Under the pieces are notes generated by a model. The model did not search any database and was not told the origin of the DNA. It saw only the letters and a program-made list of their open reading frames with translations. The position numbers and the translations under genes were made by a program. From positions 21,999-28,990 of the forward strand of contig RHPI01000249.1 in the NCBI GenBank assembly GCA_009103225.1: DNA of 6,992 nt, written 5' to 3'. Shown here one piece after another: positions 6,924 through 6,992 of this stretch (position 1 is the stretch's first letter; the number at the start of each line of letters is the position of its first letter). Origin of the DNA: Chlorokybus atmophyticus (Eukaryota; Plantae; Mesostigma and Chlorokybus algae).

Positions 6924-6992
6924 AGAGGGGGAGAGAGAGGGAGAGAGAGAGGGAGAGAGAGGGAGAGAGAGAGAGAGGGAGGGAGAGAGAGA
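6924..6992 (+). repeat. Pure-purine (GA)n/(GGGA) microsatellite
   Basis: Seen directly; only G and A from 6924 to the window end. Confidence 0.95.

Overview
Eukaryotic (probably protist or algal; lineage not determinable) genomic DNA bounded at both ends by CT/GA microsatellites. It holds one large spliced minus-strand gene (~6814 to 1100, ~1,560-1,600 aa). The gene model was built by hand from GT..AG boundaries. An intron-rich N-terminal STE11/MEKK (MAP3K)-like Ser/Thr kinase with intact catalytic motifs is followed by a helical linker and two degenerate Armadillo repeats. The C-terminal part is an uninterrupted array of 24 near-identical 123-bp (41-aa) Armadillo repeats. Much of the variation between units falls on helix-3 groove positions, and the units form a mosaic that includes a 246-bp A/B higher-order repeat. 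This resembles the repeat-shuffling sensor domains of fungal HET/NLR proteins and TAL effectors. It suggests, as inference only, a kinase with a rapidly re-programmable ARM sensor. A possible exon of a convergent neighbouring gene lies near the left end. The long plus-strand ORFs are shadows of the repeat array.
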